Source: Gemmatimonadales bacterium
Lineage (GTDB): Bacteria; Gemmatimonadota; Gemmatimonadetes; Gemmatimonadales; JACORV01
Reading direction: 5' to 3'
NCBI GenBank assembly: GCA_035502185.1
Contig: DATJUT010000031.1
Location: 87,276-151,275, forward strand
DNA length: 64,000 bases
The notes beneath the pieces were generated by a model. That model saw only the letters and a list, made by a program, of their open reading frames with translations. It was not told the DNA's origin and made no database searches. Positions 46,490 through 56,396 of the stretch are shown in pieces; the first letter of the stretch is position 1; each line of letters opens with the position of its first letter. The translations under genes were made by a program, and so were the position numbers.

Positions 46490-47485
46490 CTAGTGGGCCG
46501 CGGCGCCTCTCGGGGACGTGGCCTGACGTGCGAGGGAGTCGCGATCCACGATCCCGACCGGGACGGCGACCAGCGGCGGCACGGACTCGCCGTGCAAGGC
46601 GCGATAGACGGTCTCCATCGTCCTTCGGCCGATGACTTCGGGGTACTGGATCGCATCGGCTTTGAGCGGAGACCCTTCGCTGATCGCGGCCCGCGCCTCC
46701 GGAATCGCATCGAAGCCCACGATCACAATGTTGCTTCGACCGGCCGCCCGCACCGACGCCAGGGCGCCCAGGGCGCAGTCGTCGTTGCTGCCGAATACTC
46801 CGACCAGGGCGGGGTGCGACTGCAGCAGGTTGTCCATCTTGTTCTTGGCGACGTCCCGCAGACCGCGCTCCACGGCGGGCGCGGCGACGATGTGGAGGCC
46901 CGGATAGCGGCTGATCGCGTCCCGGAATCCCTTCACGCGGTCGATCACGCTGACCAGCGTCGGCTGGTCGAGGATGGCTACGTCGCCCTTGCCCTTGAGC
47001 TGCGCCGCGAGGAACTCGCCTACCAGTCGTCCACCCTGCTGGTTGTCCGATGCGACGTGCGCGGTGACGTGCCCGCCCGCCGAAGCGATGTCGGCGGTGA
47101 ACACCGGGATCCCGGCGCGGTTCGCCTCCTCTACGGCGGAGACGATGCCGCGCGAATCCACGGGCGCGATGATGATGGCATCCATCTTCTGGGTGACGAA
47201 GTTCTCCACCTGGGCCGTCTGCCGGGCCAGGTCCCATTCACCGGCGACGACGTGGAGATCGAGGCCCAGGCTGTCCGCGGCCTTGAGCAGCCCCTTCTTC
47301 AGATCCTGGTAGAAGACGTGGGCCTCGGTGAGGAGCGTGACGCCGACCTGCGGCCGGGTGTGTGCCGCCCTCTTCGCGCAGCCGGCGGCGGAAGCGGCTG
47401 CCAGCCCCGCCAGGCCGGCGAGCAACCAACGGCCAACGGACCGAACGGCAGGGCGGCGGAGCAGGGCGTGGCCTCCTGTGGTCAT
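46490..47485 (-). CDS. Sugar ABC transporter substrate-binding lipoprotein (RbsB/PBP1 type)
   Basis: ATG at 47485 overlaps the GH38 stop (ATGA). Signal LLAGLAGLAAASAAGC. Periplasmic-binding-protein type I pattern (VGVTLLTEAHVFYQDL..., IIIAPVDS, VVGFDAIPEA). Confidence 0.8.
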   Translation of the reverse strand: MTTGGHALLRRPAVRSVGRWLLAGLAGLAAASAAGCAKRAAHTRPQVGVTLLTEAHVFYQDLKKGLLKAADSLGLDLHVVAGEWDLARQTAQVENFVTQKMDAIIIAPVDSRGIVSAVEEANRAGIPVFTADIASAGGHVTAHVASDNQQGGRLVGEFLAAQLKGKGDVAILDQPTLVSVIDRVKGFRDAISRYPGLHIVAAPAVERGLRDVAKNKMDNLLQSHPALVGVFGSNDDCALGALASVRAAGRSNIVIVGFDAIPEARAAISEGSPLKADAIQYPEVIGRRTMETVYRALHGESVPPLVAVPVGIVDRDSLARQATSPRGAAAH

Positions 47486-50400
47486 TGCATGGTCTCCACG
47501 ACGACGGTGGCGATCTCGAACGGCCGCAGCGCCACGCGCACGGTGTGCGCGGTCACGGGGAGCGGGTCCCCGGGATCTTCGAGGAAGTTGGACCGGTGCG
47601 CGGAACGGACGACCGGGCGGAGCGTCACGGTCGCGACCGCCGGCCGGCCCGACCATTCGACCAGGCGCAAGACCAGCGCGTCGGTGTCTTCAGCGCGCTT
47701 GACCCAGGTCAACTCCACATCGGCGGCATCCACCGCGGCGAACGTCATGCTGCGCCCCAGCGGGCCCGCATGGGGCGCGTCGCGCTCGGCCAGCACTGGC
47801 GTGTTGTACTCCGCCGCGAGCCGCTCGGTGCGGGCGGTCCGCCAGTCGCCGGCGTGCGGGAAGATCGCGAACCGGAAGTGGTGGTGTCCGCGGTCGGCCA
47901 GCGAGTCGGGCCAGAGCGGCGAGCGCAGCAGCGACAGCCTCAGCACGTTGCCGTGACAGTCCCATCCGTACTTGGAGTCGTTGAGGATGCTGACGCCGTA
48001 GCTCGAGTCCGACAAGTCGGCCCAGCGCTGGCCCGACACCTCGTACTTGGCCCGCTCCGCCTGGGTCCGCGGCCGGCAGGAGCGACCGATGGTGCCGTAG
48101 GGGATCTCGTACGTGGCCGAGTCGGGACTCGTCCCCAGTGCGAAGGCGACCTTGAGCAACTTGTGCGTCTCGTGCCACTCCACGTCGTTCACTACGTCGA
48201 GGTACGGCGTTTCCCGGCCGAGGACGAGCGTCTGGTGGAAGGTCGAGGCGCCCCAGCGCCGCGTGAAGCTGATGCGCGCGTGATCCGGGCCGGCATGGCG
48301 CTCGATGTCGCCCGTGGTGGCAACCTCCCACTGCTCGCCGGTGTAGCCGATGTCCCATGCGTCCCATTCGCGAGGCACGTCGCCGAAGACCTGGAAGACA
48401 TTGGCGCGGCCACCCGGAGCGAGCGCCTCGCGGTGATGGCGCTTGTCTAGGACGCGCGTGACAGCGCCCGTCGCGGTATCCAACTCGACCCGGAGGTAGG
48501 CGTTCTCGAGCCACGTGGGGCCCACGGTGGGGGCCGGAAGGCGGCTCTCGATCGTGCCGGAGTGCGGTCGCAGGAAATAGACGCGGGCTCCCAGGGCGGG
48601 TACGTCGCGGGCGAGGAGGGTGACGGTGTCGCCGCCGTCCAGGGCCACGCGCACGGGCGCCGTGCGCGGCCAGGTCAGGGCGTTGAAGGCGACGACGGGG
48701 ACCATGCCGCGCGGCGCGCCGCGCGTGTCCATCCGCGAGCGCAGGTCCGCGAAGGCCCGGCCGCTCAGGGAGTCGAGCGCGGCCCACGCGCTGTCGTACT
48801 GCGCGTTCGCGTCCAGGTAAATCTGGTGGATGCCGGAGCCCGGCAGGATGTCGTGAAATTCGTTGAACAGCACCCGGCGCCAGACGCCCTCCAGCGCCGC
48901 CCGCGGGTACGCGGCGGTGTCGACCGCCGCCAGCGCCTCGGTCGTCCGGAGCAGGGTCTCGCTGTGACGGGCCGACCACTTCTGGCGCGCCTGGGTGGTA
49001 TAGGTACCCCGGTGCTTCTCGAGATACAGCTCGTCCCGCCACACGGGGAACGTCGAGTCGGGCTGTGAGCCGCGAACCGCCGCCAGCGCGTGGTCGGGGT
49101 CGTCGTAACGCATGACCGGGAACGTCGGCACCCGGCGCAGCCGCTCGGCGCGCTCCAGCATCTCGATCGTCGGTCCGCCGCCGTGATCGCCCACGCCGTA
49201 CAGCACGATCTGCTGATGGATGCCCGCGTTGCGGCGCACGTCGTCGAGCCGATCCTTGATCAGCTGCCCCGGCGCGAGATCGTGGTCGTATCCGAACGGA
49301 TTGTAGGTGAACAGGCGCGTGCCGTCGCGACCTTCCCACCAGAACGCGTCGTACGGCAACTGGGTCGAGTCGTTCCAGCGGATCTTCTGGGTGACGAAGT
49401 AGTCGAGTCCCGCCTGCCGGTAGATCTGCGGCAGCGTCCAGGGATACCCGAAGGAATCCGGCGTCCAGCCGACCCGGGCGCGGTGGCCATAGCGGCGCTG
49501 GAAATAGCGCTGCCCGTAGAGTCCCTGGCGTGCGAGCGACTCCCCGGACGGGATGTTCTGATCCGGCTCCACCCACCATCCGCCGACGATGGCCCACTGG
49601 CCCGCACTCACCGCGGCGCGCAGGGAATCAGCGAGCGTGGGATACAGACGGTCCATCGCGTCGTAGTACGCCGCCGCACTCCCGGCGAAGACGTAGCCGG
49701 GGAACATCGCCGCGAGCTTGAGCGACGTGCGCCACGTGTTGGGAATGACGTCCGTGGAGGTCTCGCTCCACGGCCAGAGCCACGCCGCATCAATGTGGGA
49801 GTTGCCCACGAGGTGCAGCGTGTCTTGGCGGATCTGCGCGGCGAGCGGCGCGTACGCGGCGCCGTAGCGTTGCACCAGGCTCGCGTACGCACTGCCATCG
49901 CCGTGCTCGATCGCCGTCAGCCATTCGCGGGCGTCCGGAGGCGCGATGGCGGGAGCCTTCCCGGTCAACTGCTGCGCGTAGCCGTAGCCGTCTGCGAACT
50001 CCGCGTACCCGATGTCGCGCACCTGCGCGTCGGGGAAGGTCCACCAGGGCCGGCCGGGCTCGAGTTGAATCGCAACGGCGATGGTGTCTCCTGCGCGGCA
50101 CGGCGCGCACAGTTGGAGCGCACCGTCGCGCCACGCGCCGGCGGAGCCGTTGACCAGGTAGCGGGCGCGCGGACCGAACTCGGCCACCAGCAGATCCACG
50201 GCGCGATCAGCGAGCGCCCGGGGCACCACCAACCGTACCTGCGCGTGCCTGCCCGCGGCGGAGGAATCCGTCACCCAGGTCCCGGTCGCGAGGCGTCCGC
50301 CCCAGACCCTGAGCAGCCAGTCGGGGTCTACCGGCAGCGCCGCCCGTCGCATTACGCCGGCCGACGTCACGCTCACGGCGAGCGGGGAGGCCCCCAGGGC

Positions 50401-51237
50401 CGCACTCCGCAGGTCGTCGAAGCGGGTCCGGAGGTGCAGGGTTCGAGGTGTGCCGGGCGGGAGCACCGTCAGCGATTCTGCGGCCCAGCTCGAGGAGTCC
50501 TGCGTCACTCGCGTCACGGCGCCAGGCAGACTGTCCCGCCCCCACACGGTGACCGCGAACGTGGCGGGCACCTCCAGGCGGTCGCGGGTCCACAGCGGCG
50601 GTTCGGTCGATCGGAGCGAGGAAGCGGTCACGACCGACGCCGGGTAGTTGTGCGCGCGAACCTCCGAGGGACGGCGCATCTGCCAGCGGATGCCGTCGAG
50701 GCCCGGCTCTCCCGGCGCACGCGCCAGCCGCCCGAGCACGCCGAACCCACCGCTGCGGTTCACGGCCTTGAGCAGCAGGCTGTTCCAGCCGGCGGCCAGG
50801 CGGACGGCCACCGTGTCGCCCCCGGTCGTCATGCCGCGTGCGATGACATGTGCCCACACGCGCTGGCCGTTGAGCCACGCGACCAGGTCGTCGTCGCTGT
50901 CCATGACGAGCAGGACAGTGCGGTCGTTGGGGGACAGGACGTAAGCGTGAGCGTACGCGGCGGACTCGTCGGTCGGCCCGGTGAGCACGCGATTGAGATC
51001 TATGCCGCCCAGGGAATCCGCATCCACCGGCACGAAGGCACCGCCGGCAACGCTGTCGCCGGAGTCGGGGAGCACGGCGGCTTCGCCGCCCAACTCGTCG
51101 TGCAAGGGGCCGGCCGTCACCTTGATGGGGCCGCGGACCAGCCAGCGCCGGATTGGAAGATCCTGGGCGCGCAGCGTGGCGCTCACGAGCAACCCGGCCA
51201 ACCCCGCCACTACCGCCTGCGTCAGTCGTCGCGGCAT
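47482..51237 (-). CDS. GH38 alpha-mannosidase with signal peptide and ~430-aa N-terminal extension
   Basis: MPRRLTQAVVAGLAGLLVSATLRAQ signal, with GAGGAG upstream. GH38 core LVGNSHIDAAWLWPW...TPDSFGYPWTLPQI...GVGDHGGGP...NEFHDILPGSGI. Confidence 0.85.
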   Translation of the reverse strand: MPRRLTQAVVAGLAGLLVSATLRAQDLPIRRWLVRGPIKVTAGPLHDELGGEAAVLPDSGDSVAGGAFVPVDADSLGGIDLNRVLTGPTDESAAYAHAYVLSPNDRTVLLVMDSDDDLVAWLNGQRVWAHVIARGMTTGGDTVAVRLAAGWNSLLLKAVNRSGGFGVLGRLARAPGEPGLDGIRWQMRRPSEVRAHNYPASVVTASSLRSTEPPLWTRDRLEVPATFAVTVWGRDSLPGAVTRVTQDSSSWAAESLTVLPPGTPRTLHLRTRFDDLRSAALGASPLAVSVTSAGVMRRAALPVDPDWLLRVWGGRLATGTWVTDSSAAGRHAQVRLVVPRALADRAVDLLVAEFGPRARYLVNGSAGAWRDGALQLCAPCRAGDTIAVAIQLEPGRPWWTFPDAQVRDIGYAEFADGYGYAQQLTGKAPAIAPPDAREWLTAIEHGDGSAYASLVQRYGAAYAPLAAQIRQDTLHLVGNSHIDAAWLWPWSETSTDVIPNTWRTSLKLAAMFPGYVFAGSAAAYYDAMDRLYPTLADSLRAAVSAGQWAIVGGWWVEPDQNIPSGESLARQGLYGQRYFQRRYGHRARVGWTPDSFGYPWTLPQIYRQAGLDYFVTQKIRWNDSTQLPYDAFWWEGRDGTRLFTYNPFGYDHDLAPGQLIKDRLDDVRRNAGIHQQIVLYGVGDHGGGPTIEMLERAERLRRVPTFPVMRYDDPDHALAAVRGSQPDSTFPVWRDELYLEKHRGTYTTQARQKWSARHSETLLRTTEALAAVDTAAYPRAALEGVWRRVLFNEFHDILPGSGIHQIYLDANAQYDSAWAALDSLSGRAFADLRSRMDTRGAPRGMVPVVAFNALTWPRTAPVRVALDGGDTVTLLARDVPALGARVYFLRPHSGTIESRLPAPTVGPTWLENAYLRVELDTATGAVTRVLDKRHHREALAPGGRANVFQVFGDVPREWDAWDIGYTGEQWEVATTGDIERHAGPDHARISFTRRWGASTFHQTLVLGRETPYLDVVNDVEWHETHKLLKVAFALGTSPDSATYEIPYGTIGRSCRPRTQAERAKYEVSGQRWADLSDSSYGVSILNDSKYGWDCHGNVLRLSLLRSPLWPDSLADRGHHHFRFAIFPHAGDWRTARTERLAAEYNTPVLAERDAPHAGPLGRSMTFAAVDAADVELTWVKRAEDTDALVLRLVEWSGRPAVATVTLRPVVRSAHRSNFLEDPGDPLPVTAHTVRVALRPFEIATVVVETMQ

Positions 51238-51261
51238 CGGAAACTCCTCAGGATGCGTTGT

Positions 51262-52305
51262 CTAGTTCCGTCCGGCACGCGCGCGTCGGCGTGCGTCCGC
51301 GCGTTTCATCCACACGTCGAACAGCACCGCCAGGAGGATGATCACGCCCTTGGCGATCTCCTGCCAGAACGACTGCACGCCGAGGAGGTCGAGTCCGTTA
51401 TTGAGGACGCCGATGAGCAGCGCGCCGGTCAGCGCCCCCCATGCGGTGCCGATGCCACCGAACAACGACGTTCCTCCGATCACGGCGGCCGCGATGGCAT
51501 TGAGCTCGTACAGCATGCCGGCGTCCGGCCCGCCGCTGCGTAGCTGTCCCACGAGCAACACGGCGGCCAGGCCGGCGCAGCCGCCGGAGATCGCGTAGGT
51601 CGCCAGCTTGACCCTGGCGACGGCGACGCCGGACAGTCGCGAGGCTTCCTCGTTGCCGCCGACGGCATAGACGTGACGACCGAACCTCGTCCGCACCAGC
51701 ACGAACGCTCCCACGCAGACCAGGGCGAGCATGACCAGGGCCGGAACAGGGAAGCCGGTTGGCAGCCCGGGCACGGGGATGCGTCCTCCCCCGACGACGT
51801 GAAGGGCGTCGAGGGCCGCGACCTTGCCGCCGTACAGCGGGTCTCCGGGGTCGGGGAAGCCGACCGGCACGCCCCCGGTCACGAGGCGGGCCGCCCCGCG
51901 GGCCGCAGTCATCGTGGCCAGGGTGACGATGAACGGCGCGACGCCGAGCCGCGAGACGATCCCGCCGTTCAGCAGACCGACGGCGGCCCCGGCGGCGATG
52001 CCCACGATGCCGGCGGCCAGAGCCGCTCCGGCCGGGCCGAGCAGCTTCAGGACTTCACCGCTCGTGAGCGTCGTGGCGGCGAGCACGCCGGCCAGCCCGA
52101 CGACGGATCCGACCGACAGATCAATGCCGGCCGTGATGATGACGAACGTCGAGCCGAGCGCGATGATGCCGTTGATCGAAACGTGCAGCAGGATGGTGGT
52201 GAGATTCGCGCGGCTCATGAAGCCCGGTATCAGCATGCCCGCCACGAGCACGAGCGCCGCCAGGGCCAGCGGCACGCCGAACCGGGCCGCGCGCGGCGCC
52301 TTCAT
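51262..52305 (-). CDS. Sugar ABC transporter permease (RbsC/AraH type)
   Basis: ATG at 52305 overlaps the ATPase stop (ATGA). About 10 TM segments. ITAGIDLSVGS and GGTSLFGGIGT motifs. Confidence 0.85.
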   Translation of the reverse strand: MKAPRAARFGVPLALAALVLVAGMLIPGFMSRANLTTILLHVSINGIIALGSTFVIITAGIDLSVGSVVGLAGVLAATTLTSGEVLKLLGPAGAALAAGIVGIAAGAAVGLLNGGIVSRLGVAPFIVTLATMTAARGAARLVTGGVPVGFPDPGDPLYGGKVAALDALHVVGGGRIPVPGLPTGFPVPALVMLALVCVGAFVLVRTRFGRHVYAVGGNEEASRLSGVAVARVKLATYAISGGCAGLAAVLLVGQLRSGGPDAGMLYELNAIAAAVIGGTSLFGGIGTAWGALTGALLIGVLNNGLDLLGVQSFWQEIAKGVIILLAVLFDVWMKRADARRRARAGRN

Positions 52306-53834
52306 GCGGCGTGGGACGCCGGCAGCGCGAGGGCCAGCACCTGCTCCGCGGTGGCGGTGTCGCCGGCGAGCTCGCCGGCCACCCTGCCCTCCCGCATCAC
52401 CACGATCCGATCGGCGAGCGCGAGGATTTCGGGCAGCTCCGACGAAATCACCAGCACGGCCTTGCCGGCGTCGGCGAGCGCCCGGATCAGGTGGTGCAGC
52501 TCGGCCTTGGTCGCGACATCCACCCCTCGGGTGGGCTCGTCGAACATCAGCAAATCGGCGTCGGCCAGCAGCCACTTGGCGATAACGACCTTTTGCTGGT
52601 TGCCGCCCGACAGCGTTCCCGCCTCGCGCTCGATGTCGGGCGGACGCAACTCCACGGCGGCGGTCTGCCGGGCGGCGGCCTCGCGCTCGGCCGGCGGCCG
52701 GATGACCCCATAGCGCGAGAACGTCTCCAGCGTCGCGAGGGTCACGTTCTCCTTGACACTCATGCCGAGCACGAGTCCCTGCGTCTTTCGGTCTTCGGGC
52801 AGGTAGACGACGCCGCGGGCGATGGCGTCGCGGGGGGAGGCCGGCCGGAACGACTTCCCGGCCAGCGTCATGGTTCCGGTGTGATGCGGATCGGCGCCGG
52901 CAATGCAGCGGGCCAGGGCCGTCCGTCCCGCGCCGACGAGGCCGGCCAGGCCGACGATTTCGCCGTGGCGCACGACCAGGCCGACGTCGGCGAAGCTGCG
53001 GCCCTTGCCCAGGCCCCGCACTTCGAGCAGGGGCTCTCCAGCAGCGGGCGCGGCGGAAGGAAGCCGGGCGTACTCGACGTCCCGGCCCACCATGTAGCGA
53101 ATCACGCCGGCGTCATCCACCTCGGTCGCGAGCCCGGTGAACACCCGGCGGCCGTCGCGCAGCACCGTGATCTCGTCGGCGATGCGTCGAACTTCCTCGA
53201 GCCGGTGCGAAACGAAGATGACGGCGATGCCGCGCGCACAGAGGCGTCGGATCTGTTCGAAGAGCCGCGCGGTCTCGAGGTGCGAGAGCGCGGCGGTTGG
53301 CTCGTCCAGGGCGATCAGCTGCGCGTCGCGCGCCAGCGCACGAGCCAGCTCGACCAGTTGCTGCTCGGCCACGGACAACTCGCCCGCCGGCGTTTCCGGA
53401 TCGAAATCGGCACCCAGGGCCTGCAGGGCTTCGCGGGCGCGCGTGGCCGCGGCGGGGCGGTCCAGCACCCCGTGCCGGGCCGGTTCCATACCGAGAAAGA
53501 TGTTGGCCGCGGCACCGAGCTGGGGAACGAGCGACAGCTCCTGGTAGATCACGGTGATCCCGGCACGGAGCGCGTCGCCGGGCGCCGCAAAGGCCACCGG
53601 CTTGCCGTCCAGCGCGATGCGCCCGGCATCGGGCCGGGCCGCGCCGGCGACGATCCGGAGCAGCGTGGACTTGCCCGCGCCGTTTTCGCCGACCAGCGCG
53701 TGCACCCGGCCGGCGTGCACATCGAGATCCACGGCGTCCAGCGCCACGACCCCCGGAAACCGCTTCGTGACGGCGCTCAGCGTGAGGAGCGGTGCGGGGA
53801 AAGGGGCGGCGGGTGCCACGGCCGGTGGGGTCAC
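52302..53834 (-). CDS. Sugar ABC transporter ATP-binding protein, tandem ABC domains (RbsA/MglA type)
   Basis: GTG at 53834 overlaps the LysE stop (GTGA). Walker A GENGAGKST. Signature regions LSVAEQQ and LSGGNQQK. Second degenerate P-loop GLVGAGRT. Confidence 0.88.
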   Translation of the reverse strand: MTPPAVAPAAPFPAPLLTLSAVTKRFPGVVALDAVDLDVHAGRVHALVGENGAGKSTLLRIVAGAARPDAGRIALDGKPVAFAAPGDALRAGITVIYQELSLVPQLGAAANIFLGMEPARHGVLDRPAAATRAREALQALGADFDPETPAGELSVAEQQLVELARALARDAQLIALDEPTAALSHLETARLFEQIRRLCARGIAVIFVSHRLEEVRRIADEITVLRDGRRVFTGLATEVDDAGVIRYMVGRDVEYARLPSAAPAAGEPLLEVRGLGKGRSFADVGLVVRHGEIVGLAGLVGAGRTALARCIAGADPHHTGTMTLAGKSFRPASPRDAIARGVVYLPEDRKTQGLVLGMSVKENVTLATLETFSRYGVIRPPAEREAAARQTAAVELRPPDIEREAGTLSGGNQQKVVIAKWLLADADLLMFDEPTRGVDVATKAELHHLIRALADAGKAVLVISSELPEILALADRIVVMREGRVAGELAGDTATAEQVLALALPASHAA

Positions 53835-54475
53835 ATCGTTCTGATGAGGCGGAGAATCCGGAGGGTCATGACGATCGCCAGCGCCAGGAGGCCGATCGCG
53901 GCGCCGACGTTGATGATCCGCATCATGCGCGCCGAGATGAACCGCCGGCTCCACGCCACGATGCCGGACAGGATCACGCCGTACAGGATGGCACCGGTCA
54001 CCAGCCCCGTGAAGAACCACACCCGGGCCACGTGGTGAGCGCTGTCCACGCCGGCGGAGGCCATGGCGCCCGACGCCGCCAGCCACAGCCAGAAGAAGAC
54101 CGCGAACGGGTTCGCCATGGAGAGGGCGACCCCGACGGCGAAGCCGACCCGCTTGCGGGGGGGATCGGACAGGTGGTAATCGGGGTTCTGCGCCGACGCG
54201 CGGAAGGCGCTCCAGGACAGGTACAACAGGATCAGCACGCCGATGAAGCCGATGGTCACCCGCAGCGGCAGCGACTCCATCAGCAGGCCCGAGCCCAGGA
54301 TGCCGACCGCGGCCCAGAACGAGTCGCCGATGACCGAGCCGAGGGCGACCAGGAAGGCGGCGAGAAAGCCGACCGACAGGCCGCGTCGGACGATCTCCAG
54401 ATTCACCGGCCCGACGGGGGCACAGTAGAGGACCCCGACGGCGATGCCGAGCGCGAAGGGTAGGAGCAGGAACAT
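53831..54475 (-). CDS. LysE/RhtB family amino-acid exporter
   Basis: The start at ATG 54475 (MFLLLPFALGIAVGVLYCAPVGPVNLEIVRRG) is typical of LysE N-termini. About 6 TM segments. Alternative ATG at 54526. Confidence 0.75.
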   Translation of the reverse strand: MFLLLPFALGIAVGVLYCAPVGPVNLEIVRRGLSVGFLAAFLVALGSVIGDSFWAAVGILGSGLLMESLPLRVTIGFIGVLILLYLSWSAFRASAQNPDYHLSDPPRKRVGFAVGVALSMANPFAVFFWLWLAASGAMASAGVDSAHHVARVWFFTGLVTGAILYGVILSGIVAWSRRFISARMMRIINVGAAIGLLALAIVMTLRILRLIRTM

Positions 54476-54524
54476 GGGCCCGGCCAATGTAGCGCGCTTT
54501 TCGTCCGACTTGTAGGATCGAGCC

Positions 54525-56387
54525 ATGCTCGGGATGGTACTGGCCTTCCTTGCCGGCCTTCCGACCCCGCAGGACACGGCCACGCTCGACGCCCCCGTCT
54601 ACGCGAACGAGGCGTACGGGGTTTCGCTCCCACGCCCCTTCCCCGACTGGGTATTCGAGCCTGGAGTCGGGCCGCAAACCACCACGGTGATCTTCCATCC
54701 GCGAGCCGCCCCGCTCCGCGACCAACTGTGGGGGGCCCTGATCCTGGCGACGTTCCCAGGCCAGATCCCGCTGCGACAACTGGTCGAGAGCCGCCTGGAA
54801 TCCACCTGGCGACGCCGCCTGGGACGCAGCTTCGCGCTCGAGGCCAGCGATTCCGTCACCGTCGCCGGCCTGCCGGCCATGCGGACGCTGTTCAGCGGCG
54901 CAATCGACCACGTCGTCCTGGACGTCGAGGAGTACGCGATCGCCCGCGGGGGCGACCTCATCGTGTTGCAGCTCCGGTATCCGCGCGGGCTGCCCCGGGA
55001 CTCCATCGAAGCCGGGTACCGGCGGGTGGTGGCCGGCCTCAGGATCCGCGGCGGCGCTCCCTACGGGCCAACCCCTCCTCCTGCCCCGGCCGAGAGCGTC
55101 GCGCTCGCCGGCGTGGTGCCGCGCACCGCGTGGCAGGCAGTCGCCTACGATGCCCTGGTGCGTTACGACGCGGACGAGGTGCGAGCGGACTTCGCCGTGA
55201 AGGTCAACCTGGTCAACTGGGGAGCCTCGCCGGCGGATTCGGTGGCCGTCTGGGTGTGGCCGGCTTTCGCGGTCGACAGCATCCGCGGCGACACCGCGCT
55301 GCTGGCTTCGCGGACTTCCGGCAGCATTTCGTGGGTTCGGCTGCCGGACGCCGCGCCGCCACAGGGAGGCGCCGTTCTGACCGTCTTCTTCCACGTCTCG
55401 GCCGGGGATCACGCGCTCCCGGCTGGTCTGATGCAACTGACGGCGGCGGGCGCCTTCGCCACCGTCGACTGGCTGCCACGGGTCCAGCCCTCCCTGGACT
55501 CGGCGTTCCAGTTCGTGCGGACGCCGCGCGCCAGCGTCACTCTCAGCTTCGACCTGCCTGACGAGTGGCGGGCCGTGGCGGCGGGCCGGCTGACGTCGGA
55601 CGGCACTGCCCTGGGACGGCGTCACCTGACCTGGAGCGCGGACCAGGTCGCGGCGTCCGGAGCCGCGTTCGCGCTGGGCCCGTACCGGATCGTGACGAGA
55701 CCCGAGGGTGGCATCGGCGTCTCGGTGTGGCTGAGCCCGGAGGACTCTTCTTCGAGCACCGCGATCGACTCGCTTGCCGCTGTGGTCCGCACGGCGTGGG
55801 ACTTCTGCTCTCGGGCGTTCGGGCGCCTGCCGATGGACGAGATCAACGTAGTGGAGACCGGCATTCCCGTTGATCGCGGCTTCGCGGGCCTGCTCCTGGT
55901 CGGGCGACTGGCCACGTTCGGAACCGATACCACCTACGCTGCGGCGTTCCGCCTACGCACGGGGGAGATCACGCGCGAGCTCGCGCGGACCTGGTGGGGG
56001 AACTCGGCAGCGGCCGCGGGTCCGGGATCGGCTTGGATCACGGAGGCCATTCCAGCCTGGGCAGGGGTGGCGATCCGGGGCGTGGTGGAGGGCGATTCCG
56101 TGCGCCAGCGCCTGGTCGGAGAAGCCGACAGCGCGTGGCACGCCCTGCCGCGTGAGGTCGACTTGCCGCTCGGCGCCGCGCCGGTCTCCGCCTCTACTGA
56201 CGAGCTGCTGCGGACCAAGGGCGTGGCCGCCATCGAGGCCGCGCGCCGGGCCGCGGGGGACGCCCGGTTCCGGGACGCGCTGCTTACGCTCGCGGTCCAA
56301 CACCGCAACGCCTCGATCACGCTCGCCGACGTCCTCGCCGGGCTCGGCCCGGCGTCGGCCGCGGCGTTGCGGTCCTTCCTCTTCTAG
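54525..56387 (+). CDS. M1 (gluzincin) aminopeptidase-like protein lacking the zinc-binding histidines
   Basis: 620 aa. ITRELARTWWGNSAAAAGPGSAWITEAIPAW aligns by eye with M1 HELAHQWFGN...WLNEGFATY, but reads RELAR (55974-55988). GFAG sits where GxMEN would be. Confidence 0.5.
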   Translation: MLGMVLAFLAGLPTPQDTATLDAPVYANEAYGVSLPRPFPDWVFEPGVGPQTTTVIFHPRAAPLRDQLWGALILATFPGQIPLRQLVESRLESTWRRRLGRSFALEASDSVTVAGLPAMRTLFSGAIDHVVLDVEEYAIARGGDLIVLQLRYPRGLPRDSIEAGYRRVVAGLRIRGGAPYGPTPPPAPAESVALAGVVPRTAWQAVAYDALVRYDADEVRADFAVKVNLVNWGASPADSVAVWVWPAFAVDSIRGDTALLASRTSGSISWVRLPDAAPPQGGAVLTVFFHVSAGDHALPAGLMQLTAAGAFATVDWLPRVQPSLDSAFQFVRTPRASVTLSFDLPDEWRAVAAGRLTSDGTALGRRHLTWSADQVAASGAAFALGPYRIVTRPEGGIGVSVWLSPEDSSSSTAIDSLAAVVRTAWDFCSRAFGRLPMDEINVVETGIPVDRGFAGLLLVGRLATFGTDTTYAAAFRLRTGEITRELARTWWGNSAAAAGPGSAWITEAIPAWAGVAIRGVVEGDSVRQRLVGEADSAWHALPREVDLPLGAAPVSASTDELLRTKGVAAIEAARRAAGDARFRDALLTLAVQHRNASITLADVLAGLGPASAAALRSFLF

Positions 56388-56396
56388 GGTAATCTT

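Noticed and set aside
52302-55625. 1107-aa minus-strand ORF that looks like one giant protein.
   Set aside because: Only the 3' 510 codons (GTG 53834 onward) form the ABC ATPase. Further upstream the same frame runs through the LysE gene and is antisense to the M1-like gene, with no meaningful sequence.
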